Origin: Allosphingosinicella sp.
Lineage (GTDB): Bacteria > Pseudomonadota > Alphaproteobacteria > Sphingomonadales > Sphingomonadaceae
Reading direction: 5' to 3'
Length of the DNA stretch: 64,000 bases
Assembly (NCBI GenBank): GCA_035502235.1
Contig: DATJUQ010000027.1
Location: 5,555 to 69,554, forward strand
Shown here: positions 37,552 to 46,196 of the stretch, piece after piece
Layout: each line of letters begins with the position of its first letter
How positions within the stretch are numbered: position 1 is the stretch's first letter
The notes under the pieces: generated by a model
Seen by the model: only the letters and a program-made list of their open reading frames with translations
What the model was told of the DNA's origin: nothing
Databases searched by the model: none
Translations under genes and position numbers: made by a program

Positions 37552-38196
37552 TTAGCCCTTTGTTTCGGCGGGCGCGACCCTGTCCGGATGGGCGGCGGCG
37601 AAGGGCTCCAGCGCCGTCGCGGCGGCGTCGGCGCGGACCAGGGTCGGCCAGGCGTCGAGCGGCACGTCGAAGCGGCGGGCATTATACATTTGCGGGACGA
37701 GGCAGATGTCCGCCAGGGTCGGCGTGTCGCCGTAGAGGAAGCGGCCGGCCCTGGGCGCGGCGAGCGCCTCCAGCGCGTCGAAGCCCTCCGTGATCCAGTG
37801 CCGGTACCAGGCGTCGCGGCCGGCCTGGTCCACGCCCATGGCGGCGAGCTGCTTCAGCACGCGCAGATTGTTGAGCGGATGGATGTCCGCGGCGATGGCG
37901 AGCGCGAGCGCGAACACCTCGGAGCGGCCGGCCGGACTGGCCGGGATCAAGGGCGGCACCGGGAAGGAGGAATCCAGCCAGGCGACGATCGCGAGGCTCT
38001 GGGTGAAGCGCTTGCCGTCCGCGTCCAGCATGGGGACGAAGCCCTGCGGGTTCACCGCCCTATAGGCGTCCTGCCGCTGCTCGCCCTCGAGCAGGTTCAC
38101 GGCGACGCGCTCATAAGCGAGGCCCTTGAGATTGAGGGCGATGCGGACGCGGTAGCTCGCCGAGCTGCGCCAGTAATCGTAGAGTTTCAGCTGCAT
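37552..38196 (-). CDS. maiA: Maleylacetoacetate isomerase (GST zeta)
   Basis: YWRSSASYRVRIALNLKG, NPQG.VP, DIHPLNNLRVL, TLADICLVPQ. Confidence 0.92.
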   Translation of the reverse strand: MQLKLYDYWRSSASYRVRIALNLKGLAYERVAVNLLEGEQRQDAYRAVNPQGFVPMLDADGKRFTQSLAIVAWLDSSFPVPPLIPASPAGRSEVFALALAIAADIHPLNNLRVLKQLAAMGVDQAGRDAWYRHWITEGFDALEALAAPRAGRFLYGDTPTLADICLVPQMYNARRFDVPLDAWPTLVRADAAATALEPFAAAHPDRVAPAETKG

Positions 38197-38250
38197 CGGG
38201 CCGGAGCATAAGGCCCCGGCCCGCGCCTGCAAATAGCGGCCGTGACCCAA

Positions 38251-38373
38251 TCCTCCCCCATCGGGGGAGGGGGACCGCACGAAGTGCGGTGGAGGGGCGC
38301 GGCGGTTTACCGCCGCGTTCGCGGCGGCCCCTCCACCAGGCTCCGCCTGGTTCCCCTCCCCTGAAGGGGAGGA
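38251..38373. repeat. REP doublet, family D
   Basis: Homologous to 23164-23288. Confidence 0.8.
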
Positions 38374-38382
38374 TCGTTACGC

Positions 38383-38829
38383 TCAGTGTCGGGCGAAGAC
38401 CGAGCGGCGGCCGGCCCGGGTGAACAGGATGGTGTTGTAGGGCTCGCGGTGAGTGCCATGCTCCATGCCCGGCGAGCCCATCGGCATGCCGGGGACGGCG
38501 ATGCCGGCGGCGGCGGGCCGCTCGCGCAGGAGCCGGCGGATGTCGGCGGCCGGGACATGGCCCTCCACCGCATAGCCGCCCACCGAGGCGGTGTGGCAGG
38601 AGCGCAGGTCGTCCGGTACGCCGAGCCGGCGGGCGGTGGGCGTCACGTCCGGCACGTCGGCGACGGTCACGCGGAAGCCGTTCTGGCGCAGATGTGTGAC
38701 CCAATGGCCGCAGCAGCCGCAGGTGGAGGTCTTCACGACGTGGATGGCGGGCCCGGCCTGCGCCGCCGCCTTGCCGGCGACGAAGAGCAAGGGGAGGCCG
38801 GCGAGCAGGGTGCGTCGGTTCATGGTCAT
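38383..38829 (-). CDS. DUF411 (CopG-like) periplasmic metal-binding protein
   Basis: Tat-like RRTLL; TCGCCGHW, SCHTA..GGY.VEGHVP, AVPGMP.GSPGME. Confidence 0.9.
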   Translation of the reverse strand: MTMNRRTLLAGLPLLFVAGKAAAQAGPAIHVVKTSTCGCCGHWVTHLRQNGFRVTVADVPDVTPTARRLGVPDDLRSCHTASVGGYAVEGHVPAADIRRLLRERPAAAGIAVPGMPMGSPGMEHGTHREPYNTILFTRAGRRSVFARH

Positions 38830-38840
38830 GGTCTTGCTCC

Positions 38841-40157
38841 TCAATCGATCTTCAGGCGGATGAAGGCCATCGCCCCGCGCGGATCGCCAGCATAAGCGGC
38901 TTCGAGCGCGGCGGGGACGAAATTCTGCGTGAGCTGCGCGCCGAGGCCGAGGCGCACATGGGGCGCGACGCGGACGTCGCGGATCGCGCCGAGCGAGACC
39001 TTGCCGACATCGTGGCGCGGGCCGTGATGGCCGGCGGCCGGATCGAGCTCATTGTTCTGCGCATATTCGGCGCGGCCGTAGAGGGTCCACAGGCCGAGCC
39101 CGAGCCCGGCTTCGGCGACCAAAGCCTCGGCGCCGTCGCGATTGCCCCAGGCGAGCGTCGTGGAGACCCAGCTCTCCGGCCCCAGCCGCCGCGTCCAGAG
39201 CGCGCTGGCCGACCAGCGGCGGCTGTTCTCGTGCGGCTCGAGCTGCTCGGGCGAGACGAGATGCGCCCAGCTTGCCTGCAGCGACAGCTCCGAATTCGGG
39301 TTCCAGCTGAGGCGGAGCGCGGTGGAATCGAGCGGCCCGGTCTCGATGTTCCAGCGCCTTTGGTCCGGCTCGCGGCCGTTGAAGCGGGAGGCTTCGAGCT
39401 TGACGTCGCCCAGGATCAGGCCGGCGGTGACCACGCCGAAGGTGATGTGCGTCGAATCCAGCCAGTGATGGCTGATCGGCGCCTCGGGCGAATCCGCGAT
39501 CGCCATGCGGTGCATGAAGGCGGGCGGGCCGAAGGCGGGCTCGCCGGGCAGGCCGGCATAGACGAAGGCGCTGGCCTTGGGCCCGAGCGGCAGCGCATAG
39601 CTGGCCGACAGCTCCATGAAGACATCGTGCGGATGCTGGCGGTCGACGAGCGGGGCGATGCCGTCGGCGGATTCGCCCGCGGCGAGGTGGAGCGGATAGC
39701 CGCGCCGGCCCATCAGCGGATCGGGGCTCAGCATCGCGCGGACTTGCAGCGTGCCCGGCCCGGCCTCGCGCCGCGCCATGCCCATGACCATGCCGGCGGC
39801 GAAGAGCTTGTCGCCGCCGCGCGGCCCCTCCTGCCAGTCATAGACGAGGTTGAGGCTGGCATGGCCCATCAGCATCCAGTCCCCGGCGGTCAGGTGGACG
39901 CCGTTGTGGCTGGAGACATCGGGCTGCCAGGCGGTGCCCGAGGCCTCGCGCCGGGCGGGATAGGGGCCGAGCGCGCCGGTCATGGCGTGCGGTTCGGCGG
40001 CGGGGGCGCCGGCGGGCGGGGCATGGCCCTGATGCCCGCCATGGTCCTGGCTTTCGGCCTGATGGGCGCCGTGCGCGCCATGATCGCCATGCTGGGCGAT
40101 GGCGGGCGCGGCGGCGAGCAGCGCGCCGAAGGCGGCCGCCGTCCTGAGGGATTTCAT
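38841..40157 (-). CDS. His-rich outer-membrane beta-barrel-like protein (copper-associated)
   Basis: Signal peptide, His-rich N-terminus, SGTAWQP, LVDRQHPHDVFMEL, HHWLDSTHITFG; terminal alternating beta strand. Confidence 0.7.
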   Translation of the reverse strand: MKSLRTAAAFGALLAAAPAIAQHGDHGAHGAHQAESQDHGGHQGHAPPAGAPAAEPHAMTGALGPYPARREASGTAWQPDVSSHNGVHLTAGDWMLMGHASLNLVYDWQEGPRGGDKLFAAGMVMGMARREAGPGTLQVRAMLSPDPLMGRRGYPLHLAAGESADGIAPLVDRQHPHDVFMELSASYALPLGPKASAFVYAGLPGEPAFGPPAFMHRMAIADSPEAPISHHWLDSTHITFGVVTAGLILGDVKLEASRFNGREPDQRRWNIETGPLDSTALRLSWNPNSELSLQASWAHLVSPEQLEPHENSRRWSASALWTRRLGPESWVSTTLAWGNRDGAEALVAEAGLGLGLWTLYGRAEYAQNNELDPAAGHHGPRHDVGKVSLGAIRDVRVAPHVRLGLGAQLTQNFVPAALEAAYAGDPRGAMAFIRLKID

Positions 40158-40198
40158 CGAGAGACTCCTGGAATGCGAACGTATGTGCGGTCGGATTC

Positions 40199-40528
40199 TC
40201 AGGCGTGTCGGGGCGGGGGCGTCGCGGCGTCCGGGCGGATGCCGGTCAGGCTGGCGGGCAGCGGCGCGGCGGGACGGGGGGTGGCGCGCGGCGCGGGCGC
40301 GACCGAGGGCGCCGGGGCGGGCGCCATGGCGGCGCAGGCGATCATGCAGTCGATCGCCGTGCCGCTCTTGTCCTCGGCCGGCGCGGGCTGATGATGGCCG
40401 CCATGGTGCGACGCCGCGGCCGCCGGCACGTCCGCGCAATGCGCCGCCATCGCCTCGGCCATGCCGATCCGGCCCATGGGCGCGAGCAGCATGACGGCAA
40501 GCAGCAGCAGGCGGAGAGCGGCGCGCAT
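40199..40528 (-). CDS. His/Cys-containing small protein, DUF2946-like (possible leader peptide)
   Basis: Signal-like N-terminus, HHGGHH, CMIAC, Pro-rich tail ending TPPPRHA. Confidence 0.65.
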   Translation of the reverse strand: MRAALRLLLLAVMLLAPMGRIGMAEAMAAHCADVPAAAASHHGGHHQPAPAEDKSGTAIDCMIACAAMAPAPAPSVAPAPRATPRPAAPLPASLTGIRPDAATPPPRHA

Positions 40529-40571
40529 GATCAGTGCGCCATAGAGGGGCGGCGCGGCGGGCGCAAAGCCT

Positions 40572-40847
40572 TCATCGCGCGCTCCGCTGCAGCAGCTGGA
40601 TGAGCTCGCTCGCCTTCTGCCGCTGGTCGTCCGCGTCGCCGCCGCTGATCGCCGCCTCGATGCAATGGCCGAGATGGTCGTTCAGCATCTCGGTCTCGAC
40701 CTTCGCCAGCGCGGCGCGGACCGCCTGGAGCTGGGTGAGGACGTCGATGCAGTAGCGATCCTCCTCGATCATGCGCGCGACGCCGCGCACCTGGCCCTCG
40801 ATCCGGCTGAGGCGATTCGCCAAGGCGGCCTTGTTGTCGCGTTGCAT
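40572..40847 (-). CDS. csoR: CsoR/RcnR family copper-sensing repressor
   Basis: RLSRIEGQVRGV..MIEEDRYCIDVL...HLGHC (Cys-His-Cys fingerprint). Confidence 0.88.
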   Translation of the reverse strand: MQRDNKAALANRLSRIEGQVRGVARMIEEDRYCIDVLTQLQAVRAALAKVETEMLNDHLGHCIEAAISGGDADDQRQKASELIQLLQRSAR

Positions 40848-40860
40848 GGCGCCTTGCCTA

Positions 40861-40903
40861 ATACCCATTGGGGGTATATGTCAATCATACCCACAGGGGG
40901 TAT
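40861..40903. promoter_or_regulatory. Two CsoR-type operators in the divergent promoter
   Basis: ATACCCattGGGGGTAT (40861-40877) and ATACCCacaGGGGGTAT (40887-40903), matching the known ATACCC-n-GGGGGTAT CsoR pattern. Confidence 0.8.
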
Positions 40904-40928
40904 CCGAATCGCCGCGAAAAGGATTCAC

Positions 40929-41441
40929 ATGTCGTCCGCCGCCGAGCATCCGCACGATCATTGCGCGCAGCATGACGCCGCCGACGCCCATGCCCATCAC
41001 GGCCATGGCGCGCCGGGCGCGGGGCCGTGGCGCCTGGCCGCGCAGGCGACCCTGCACTGCCTGACCGGCTGCGTGATCGGCGAGGCCGCGGGCCTGATGA
41101 TCGGCGTCAGCCTGGGCCTGGCGGCATGGCAGACGATCCTGCTCGCCACCGCGCTCGCTTATGCGAGCGGGATCACGCTCGGCCTGCTGCCGGTGATGAA
41201 GAGCCGCCGGGTGGGCGCGCTCGCCGCGCTCAGGATTATCTGGATCGGCGAGGTGCTCTCGATCGGGGTGATGGAGATCGCGATGAACGCGGCCGATTAT
41301 CATATGGGCGGGATGGCCGCGCCCTCGATCTTCAGCTGGATGTTCTGGCAGGGCTTCCTGGTCGCGGTCCCGGCCGGCTTCCTCGCCGCCTGGCCGGTCA
41401 ATTACTGGCTGCTGAAGCGCAATCTGAAGAACTGCCATTGA
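40929..41441 (+). CDS. DUF4396 family membrane protein with His-rich N-terminus
   Basis: ATLHCLTGCVIGE...GEVLSIGVMEIAMN...AWPVNYWLL. Confidence 0.88.
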   Translation: MSSAAEHPHDHCAQHDAADAHAHHGHGAPGAGPWRLAAQATLHCLTGCVIGEAAGLMIGVSLGLAAWQTILLATALAYASGITLGLLPVMKSRRVGALAALRIIWIGEVLSIGVMEIAMNAADYHMGGMAAPSIFSWMFWQGFLVAVPAGFLAAWPVNYWLLKRNLKNCH

Positions 41442-41447
41442 GGGAAA

Positions 41448-41594
41448 TCCTCCCCTGCTTTTGCAGGGGAGGGGGACCATGCGCAGCATGGGGGAGGGGC
41501 GGCGCGACAGCGCCGTGCTCCGGAACCATTCGCTTCGCTCATGCCCCTCCACCGCACTGCGTGCGGTCCCCCTCCCCTCGAAAGCGAGGGGAGG
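41448..41594. repeat. REP doublet, family D
   Basis: Near-identical architecture to 50860-51013. Confidence 0.8.
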
Positions 41595-41601
41595 AATTGG
41601 T

Positions 41602-42960
41602 TTACGGCCCCACGTCTGCCGGGGTCTCGCCGCCCGCCGCGCGCGGGGCAGGGCGGGCGCGGGCGGGGAGGCCGAGCGCGGCGGCGACCCGGTCGTCGCG
41701 CTGGTAGACGTCGCGCACGACCCTGACCTGGCCGTTCTCGACGAAGGCGGTGTGGTAGAGCAGGCGCACCGGGATCTCGCGCTGCAGCGGGATCCAGCGC
41801 TGCACGTAACGCCGCGCCGCCGGCTGCTCGACGGTCTCGCCCTCGGCATTGGTCCGCCGCACCGTCGGCGCGCGCTGGGCCCGCTGCCATTGCTGCAGCA
41901 CGCCCTCGTCGCGGGCGATCAGCTCGGCGAATTCCAGCGCATTGTGGACGCGCACGCAGCCATGGCTGGCATGGCGCTCGTCGCGCAGGAAGAGCGATTT
42001 GGACGGCGTGTCGTGCAGGTAGATGGCGTGGCCGTTGCGCATGTCGAACTTGACCAGGCCGAGCGCATTGCCGGGCCCCGAGGGCTGGACGCGGCGGCCG
42101 TTGCGGATGGTGAAGCCGCGCCGCGCCATATAGCCGGCGCTCATCCCGATCGAACGCGGCACCGTCCAGGTCGGGTTGGCGACGAGCTGGAACATGGGCG
42201 AGGAGAGGCTGGGCGTCGCCCGCTGGCCGGCCGAGCCGACCACGACGCGGCGGGTGTCGCGGACGGCGTTGTCGCGCCAGTAGACGAGCGTCGTGGCCGC
42301 GGTGTTGACGTCGATCCGCGTGGCGGGCGCGGCCCGCTCCAGCCAGCGCCGCCGCTCCAGATTGACGGCGAGCACGCGCATGCGGTTGCTCTGCTCGGCG
42401 GTGGCCCGGCCCTGCGCGGCGTCGACCTGGCGCTTGGCGTCGAGATAAGCGGCGGAGAGCGCGCGATAATCGGCATCCTGCGGGGCGAGGCCGGCGATCC
42501 AGCCGCGCACGTCGCCATTGCCGGCCAGCACCCGCTCGAGCCCGGCGGCGAGATCGGGATTGGGGCGTGGGATTTCATAGATCCGCTCCAGCCGGGCCGG
42601 ATCGGTCTTGCCGCGCGCCAGCGCCTCGGCATAGGCGATGGCGGCGAGGCTCAGGGCCGCCTCGCGCGCCGCGCCTTCCCGGGCGCGGGCGAGCGGCGCG
42701 CGATACTCGTCCGCCTTGAGGCCATGTTTGTCGGCCTCGCCGAGCACGGCGTTGAGCGAGGCCTCGGCCTCCCGCGTCCAGGCCGGGCGCCATTGCCGCG
42801 CCTCGTAGAAACGGCGGACCCGGGGATCGTCGACCGCCCCTTGCAGGGCGCTCGCCTCGACCTGGGGCGCCTGTGGGCCCGGCGGCGGGGCCGGCTCCGC
42901 GCTGCACGCGGCAAGGACAAGGAACGCGGCACTCGCAAGCAGTCCTAAGCGCACAATCAC
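41602..42960 (-). CDS. L,D-transpeptidase (YcbB/YkuD family) lipoprotein
   Basis: Lipobox LAAC; VNLERRRW, PGNALGLVKF, IYLHDTP, SHGCVRV. Confidence 0.92.
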   Translation of the reverse strand: MIVRLGLLASAAFLVLAACSAEPAPPPGPQAPQVEASALQGAVDDPRVRRFYEARQWRPAWTREAEASLNAVLGEADKHGLKADEYRAPLARAREGAAREAALSLAAIAYAEALARGKTDPARLERIYEIPRPNPDLAAGLERVLAGNGDVRGWIAGLAPQDADYRALSAAYLDAKRQVDAAQGRATAEQSNRMRVLAVNLERRRWLERAAPATRIDVNTAATTLVYWRDNAVRDTRRVVVGSAGQRATPSLSSPMFQLVANPTWTVPRSIGMSAGYMARRGFTIRNGRRVQPSGPGNALGLVKFDMRNGHAIYLHDTPSKSLFLRDERHASHGCVRVHNALEFAELIARDEGVLQQWQRAQRAPTVRRTNAEGETVEQPAARRYVQRWIPLQREIPVRLLYHTAFVENGQVRVVRDVYQRDDRVAAALGLPARARPAPRAAGGETPADVGP

Positions 42961-43032
42961 TCCATCCGCAGTTTCGGGAGAGAAGGCAGAAACCCCAATA
43001 TGGTGAGGATACCGTTATCCCCACCCAACCCC

Positions 43033-43047
43033 TTAATGCTTGTTTAG
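43033..43047 (+). promoter_or_regulatory. Possible CtrA box upstream of the PilZ gene
   Basis: TTAA-tgcttgt-TTAG (one mismatch to TTAA-N7-TTAA). Confidence 0.4.
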
Positions 43048-43091
43048 CCAATCCGGGCTCATAACAAAGGGGAGAAGTGCAGGAGTTTCCC

Positions 43092-43457
43092 GTGAGCAGG
43101 GCACAATTGGCGATCCTACCCGTCGTCGAGGGGCGTCAGGCCGAGCGCCGGATCGTCAATCTGGCGGCGCGCCTGCGCGAGCCGGGCGCGAGGATCGTCG
43201 AGGCGGAAGTGCTGAACCTCTCCACCGACGGCTTCATGGCGGAGACCGATCTCCCGCTCGAGCCCGGCGCGAACGTCTGGCTGAAGCTGCCGGGCCTGGA
43301 GCCGCAGAACAGCCGCTGCGCCTGGGCGGAAGAGGGCAAAGCGGGTTTCCAGTTCGCGACGCCGCTCCACCCCTCGACCGTCGAGATGCTCGCCGAGGCC
43401 AATCGCAAGCCGCCGGTGAAGGGCCATTTCGGCGTCGCCGGGCAGCAACGGCGCTGA
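43092..43457 (+). CDS. PilZ domain protein
   Basis: GRQAERR (RxxxR), NLSTDGF (D/NxSxxG), AGFQFATPLH; GTG after AGGAG. Confidence 0.88.
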   Translation: MSRAQLAILPVVEGRQAERRIVNLAARLREPGARIVEAEVLNLSTDGFMAETDLPLEPGANVWLKLPGLEPQNSRCAWAEEGKAGFQFATPLHPSTVEMLAEANRKPPVKGHFGVAGQQRR

Positions 43458-43539
43458 CCGCTCCGGGGCGGCCACGGACGCTGGCGCCCTCCCTCGTTTC
43501 TGACTAAGCTTCCCGCGCACGCAGCGAGAAGGGATAGTC

Positions 43540-44115
43540 ATGCGGGTTGGCCGGCGCATCGTCGCTCTGTTCGGAATCCTCCCGCTCGCCGCCTGCGCGG
43601 TGGTCGGTCCGGTGGTCGATGCCGGCATGGACGATGCGCCCTACCAGGCCTGCATCCGCTTCGCCGAGGCGCCGGCACCGGCCGAACCGCCGGCGCCCGC
43701 CCAATGCGTCAGCGTGCAGGTGCGCCCGGCCGGCGGCCAGTGGCAGCCCTTCACCGGCACGCTCTCGGCCGGCGACACCCTGCTCGCGCTCCCCTCGGCG
43801 GCGCCGCAATGCAATCACGGCAATTACACCCATTTCGTGCTCGAGGGGGCGAGCGAGTCCGGCGCGATGCGGGTGGCGGTGCCCGATGCGTTCGGCCGCG
43901 GCGACCGGGGCCGCGCCTTCGCCTGGACCGCGCCCCGCGGGCGCTGGACGGCGGACAATATCGGGACGAGCATCCACACCCCCGCCGGCGCCCGGGTCTC
44001 GCTGACCGAAGGCCAGGTCCGGCTCAGCAGCGCCTGTTTCAAGAGCTATACCGGCTACCGCATCCCGCGCGCCCACGGCGCGGCGGGCGAGGGCGAGGCG
44101 CACGACGCCCATTGA
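43540..44115 (+). CDS. Hypothetical lipoprotein
   Basis: Lipobox LAAC; four further Cys; host-like codons. Confidence 0.6.
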   Translation: MRVGRRIVALFGILPLAACAVVGPVVDAGMDDAPYQACIRFAEAPAPAEPPAPAQCVSVQVRPAGGQWQPFTGTLSAGDTLLALPSAAPQCNHGNYTHFVLEGASESGAMRVAVPDAFGRGDRGRAFAWTAPRGRWTADNIGTSIHTPAGARVSLTEGQVRLSSACFKSYTGYRIPRAHGAAGEGEAHDAH

Positions 44116-44276
44116 GGCGGGCGACGCGTCCAACCTCGATTGGACGACGCCATCGGAACCAAGCCACTATTGTTTATGAAGCATCCCGAGGCGCGATCGG
44201 TTCGCGGCGGTCCAGCCCCGCCGCCGAGCGTGGAGCGGGACGTGGCGCGGGGTCGAATCGTCGCGTGACGGGGAAA

Positions 44277-44363
44277 TGGTGCCCAGAAGAGGACTCGAAC
44301 CTCCACGCCCTTGCGAGCGCCAGCACCTGAAGCTGGTGCGTCTACCAATTCCGCCATCTGGGC
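44277..44363 (-). tRNA. tRNA-Leu(CAG)
   Basis: GCCCAGATGGCGGAATTGGTAGACGC...CCAGC-TTCAGGT-GCTGG, long variable arm, GTTCGAGTC, CCA end. Confidence 0.97.
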
Positions 44364-44439
44364 ACGGGGTAGGCCGCGCGCCCTAGGGGAGCGGGCGCGC
44401 TTTTGTCAACGCGGGGACTCGGATTGTCTTGCCTGGAAA

Positions 44440-44515
44440 TGGTGCCGCTTAACGGACTCGAACCGTTGACCCCATCATTACGAATGATGTGCTCTACCAG
44501 CTGAGCTAAAGCGGC
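44440..44515 (-). tRNA. tRNA-Thr(CGT)
   Basis: GCCGCTTTAGCTCAGCTGGTAGAGC-CATCA-TTCGTAA-TGATG...GTTCGAGTC...GCGGCACCA. Confidence 0.97.
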
Positions 44516-44606
44516 GCTCAAGGAGGAGGGCGCGCGTCTATCAGCGCGCCGCGTGGATGACAAGACCGCGCCACGGCGATTCCCCGGCCCATATCGCTAA
44601 TCCGTC

Positions 44607-44622
44607 TTAACCATATCTCAAC
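44607..44622 (+). promoter_or_regulatory. Possible CtrA box upstream of the PAS-like gene
   Basis: TTAA-ccatatc-TCAAC, which contains the TTAACCAT half-site. Confidence 0.4.
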
Positions 44623-44675
44623 CCGACCGGTGCAGTTTCGTGGCTGAAACGGCGCGCTGCCAGGGACGTTGATCT

Positions 44676-45971
44676 ATGGACATCTCCAGGGGGTTTGAGG
44701 ACGAGACGGCAATCACCGCCGCGCCCGAAGAGGAACCCGTGATGGAGCGGCCGCCCGAGATCGGCGTCGACGAGCGCCGCATGCATGTGCGCGCCTATAA
44801 TTACTGGGTCTCGCTGCTCGACGGCCGGCCCTATCCTTCGATCCAGGACGTCGATCCGCAGACGCTCGGCGATTTCGGGCCGCACAGCGTGCTGCTCGAC
44901 TTCTCGCGCAATCCCGAGGATCCCCAGATCGCCTTTCTCGGCCGCGCGCTGCGCGTCGAATGCGCGCTCGACCATACGATCAAGCAGATCAGCGAGGTGC
45001 CGGGCCGCTCTTTGCTGTCGCGGCTGACCGACCATTATCTGCAGATCATCGCCAATCGCGCGCCGATCGGCTTCGAGGCCGAGTTCGTCGGCATGCGCGG
45101 CCACAGCACGCTCTATCGCGGCATCCTGATGCCCCTCTCGTCGGACGGCGAGGCGATCGATTTCATCTACGGCGTGATCAACTGGAAGGAAGTGGCGGAG
45201 GAGGAGGTCGCGGCGGTCATCGAGGACGAGGCGCTGCGCGCCATCGCCGCCGCGCCGGAGCCCGTGCTCGTCCATGCCGGCGACGGCCCGGCTTGGGCGG
45301 ACGGGCCGAACAGCGATTTCGTCGAGGCCTCGCTCAGCGGCGATCTTTCGGCGCCGCCGGACAATTCGACGCTCAGCCTCTGGCCCGACGACGGCCTCGC
45401 CGACCGGCTCTCGGTCGCCCGCGACAGCGCCGACGAGGCCGCCGCCTGCGAGGCGCGGGGCCGAAGCGCCCTCTATCGCGCGCTCGGCTACGCCTATGAT
45501 TTCGCGCTCGCCGCCGAGCAGGCGCCCGACGATTATGCCGAGCTGCTCGAGGATGCGGGCCTGAAGGCGCAGGCGCGCGCGCCGATGACGCCGATCGTGA
45601 AGCTCGTCTTCGGCACCCATTACGACAAGAGCCGGCTCACCGAATTCGCCGCGGCCCTCGCCTGGGCGAAGCGCGAGCGGGTCAGCGCCGGCACGCTCGC
45701 CGCCTTGCTCGAGGCGTATGAGGGCGGCCTCAAGGGCGTGGTCGCCGCCGAGCGCGCGCACCGCCGCCCGGCCGCCAAGCCGGACCGCTGGGCCGAGGTC
45801 CGCGCCCAGCTCCACGCCGCGCCGCCGCTCGCCCGGGTCGAGATCGCGGTGCAGGGCGAGGACGAGTTCGTCTTGCTCGTCGCCCGCCGCGAGGGCGAGG
45901 GCCTCGCCATCGTCGCGCCGGTCGCCGACCGCGCTCTGGTCGACCAGGCGATCCGCAAGAGCGCCGCCTGA
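44676..45971 (+). CDS. Conserved hypothetical protein with N-terminal PAS-like domain
   Basis: ERRMHVRAYNYW.SLL.GR..P...SVLLDF...IIANRAPIGFEAEF...YRGIL.PLS.DG..IDFIYGVINWKE. Confidence 0.75.
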   Translation: MDISRGFEDETAITAAPEEEPVMERPPEIGVDERRMHVRAYNYWVSLLDGRPYPSIQDVDPQTLGDFGPHSVLLDFSRNPEDPQIAFLGRALRVECALDHTIKQISEVPGRSLLSRLTDHYLQIIANRAPIGFEAEFVGMRGHSTLYRGILMPLSSDGEAIDFIYGVINWKEVAEEEVAAVIEDEALRAIAAAPEPVLVHAGDGPAWADGPNSDFVEASLSGDLSAPPDNSTLSLWPDDGLADRLSVARDSADEAAACEARGRSALYRALGYAYDFALAAEQAPDDYAELLEDAGLKAQARAPMTPIVKLVFGTHYDKSRLTEFAAALAWAKRERVSAGTLAALLEAYEGGLKGVVAAERAHRRPAAKPDRWAEVRAQLHAAPPLARVEIAVQGEDEFVLLVARREGEGLAIVAPVADRALVDQAIRKSAA

Positions 45972-45982
45972 CGCCGTTTCCG

Positions 45983-46088
45983 GTCGCCCTGAACCTGTTT
46001 CAGGATCCAGAGTGATGCCGTCGCCCGCGCCTGTCGTCATCCTCGGTGCCGCTGCCGGCCTGGACCTTGAAACAAGTTCAGGGTGACG
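45983..46088. repeat. REPIN-like doublet, family A
   Basis: gtcgccctgaacctgtttcaggatcc ... ggaccttgaaacaagttcagggtgacg. Confidence 0.85.
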
Positions 46089-46196
46089 GCGGATGAGCAT
46101 CACTCCCGCGGGGTTGAAGGTGACTCCGGGGCGGCGCTATAGGCCGCGCAAGGCGGGTTCGACCCGCCGCCTGAGAAGCTCCGGGAGCGGATTTGT

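Noticed and set aside
44277-44515. Integrative element at tRNA-Leu or tRNA-Thr
   Set aside because: No integrase, no duplicated tRNA 3' end seen, and neighbours have host-like composition.
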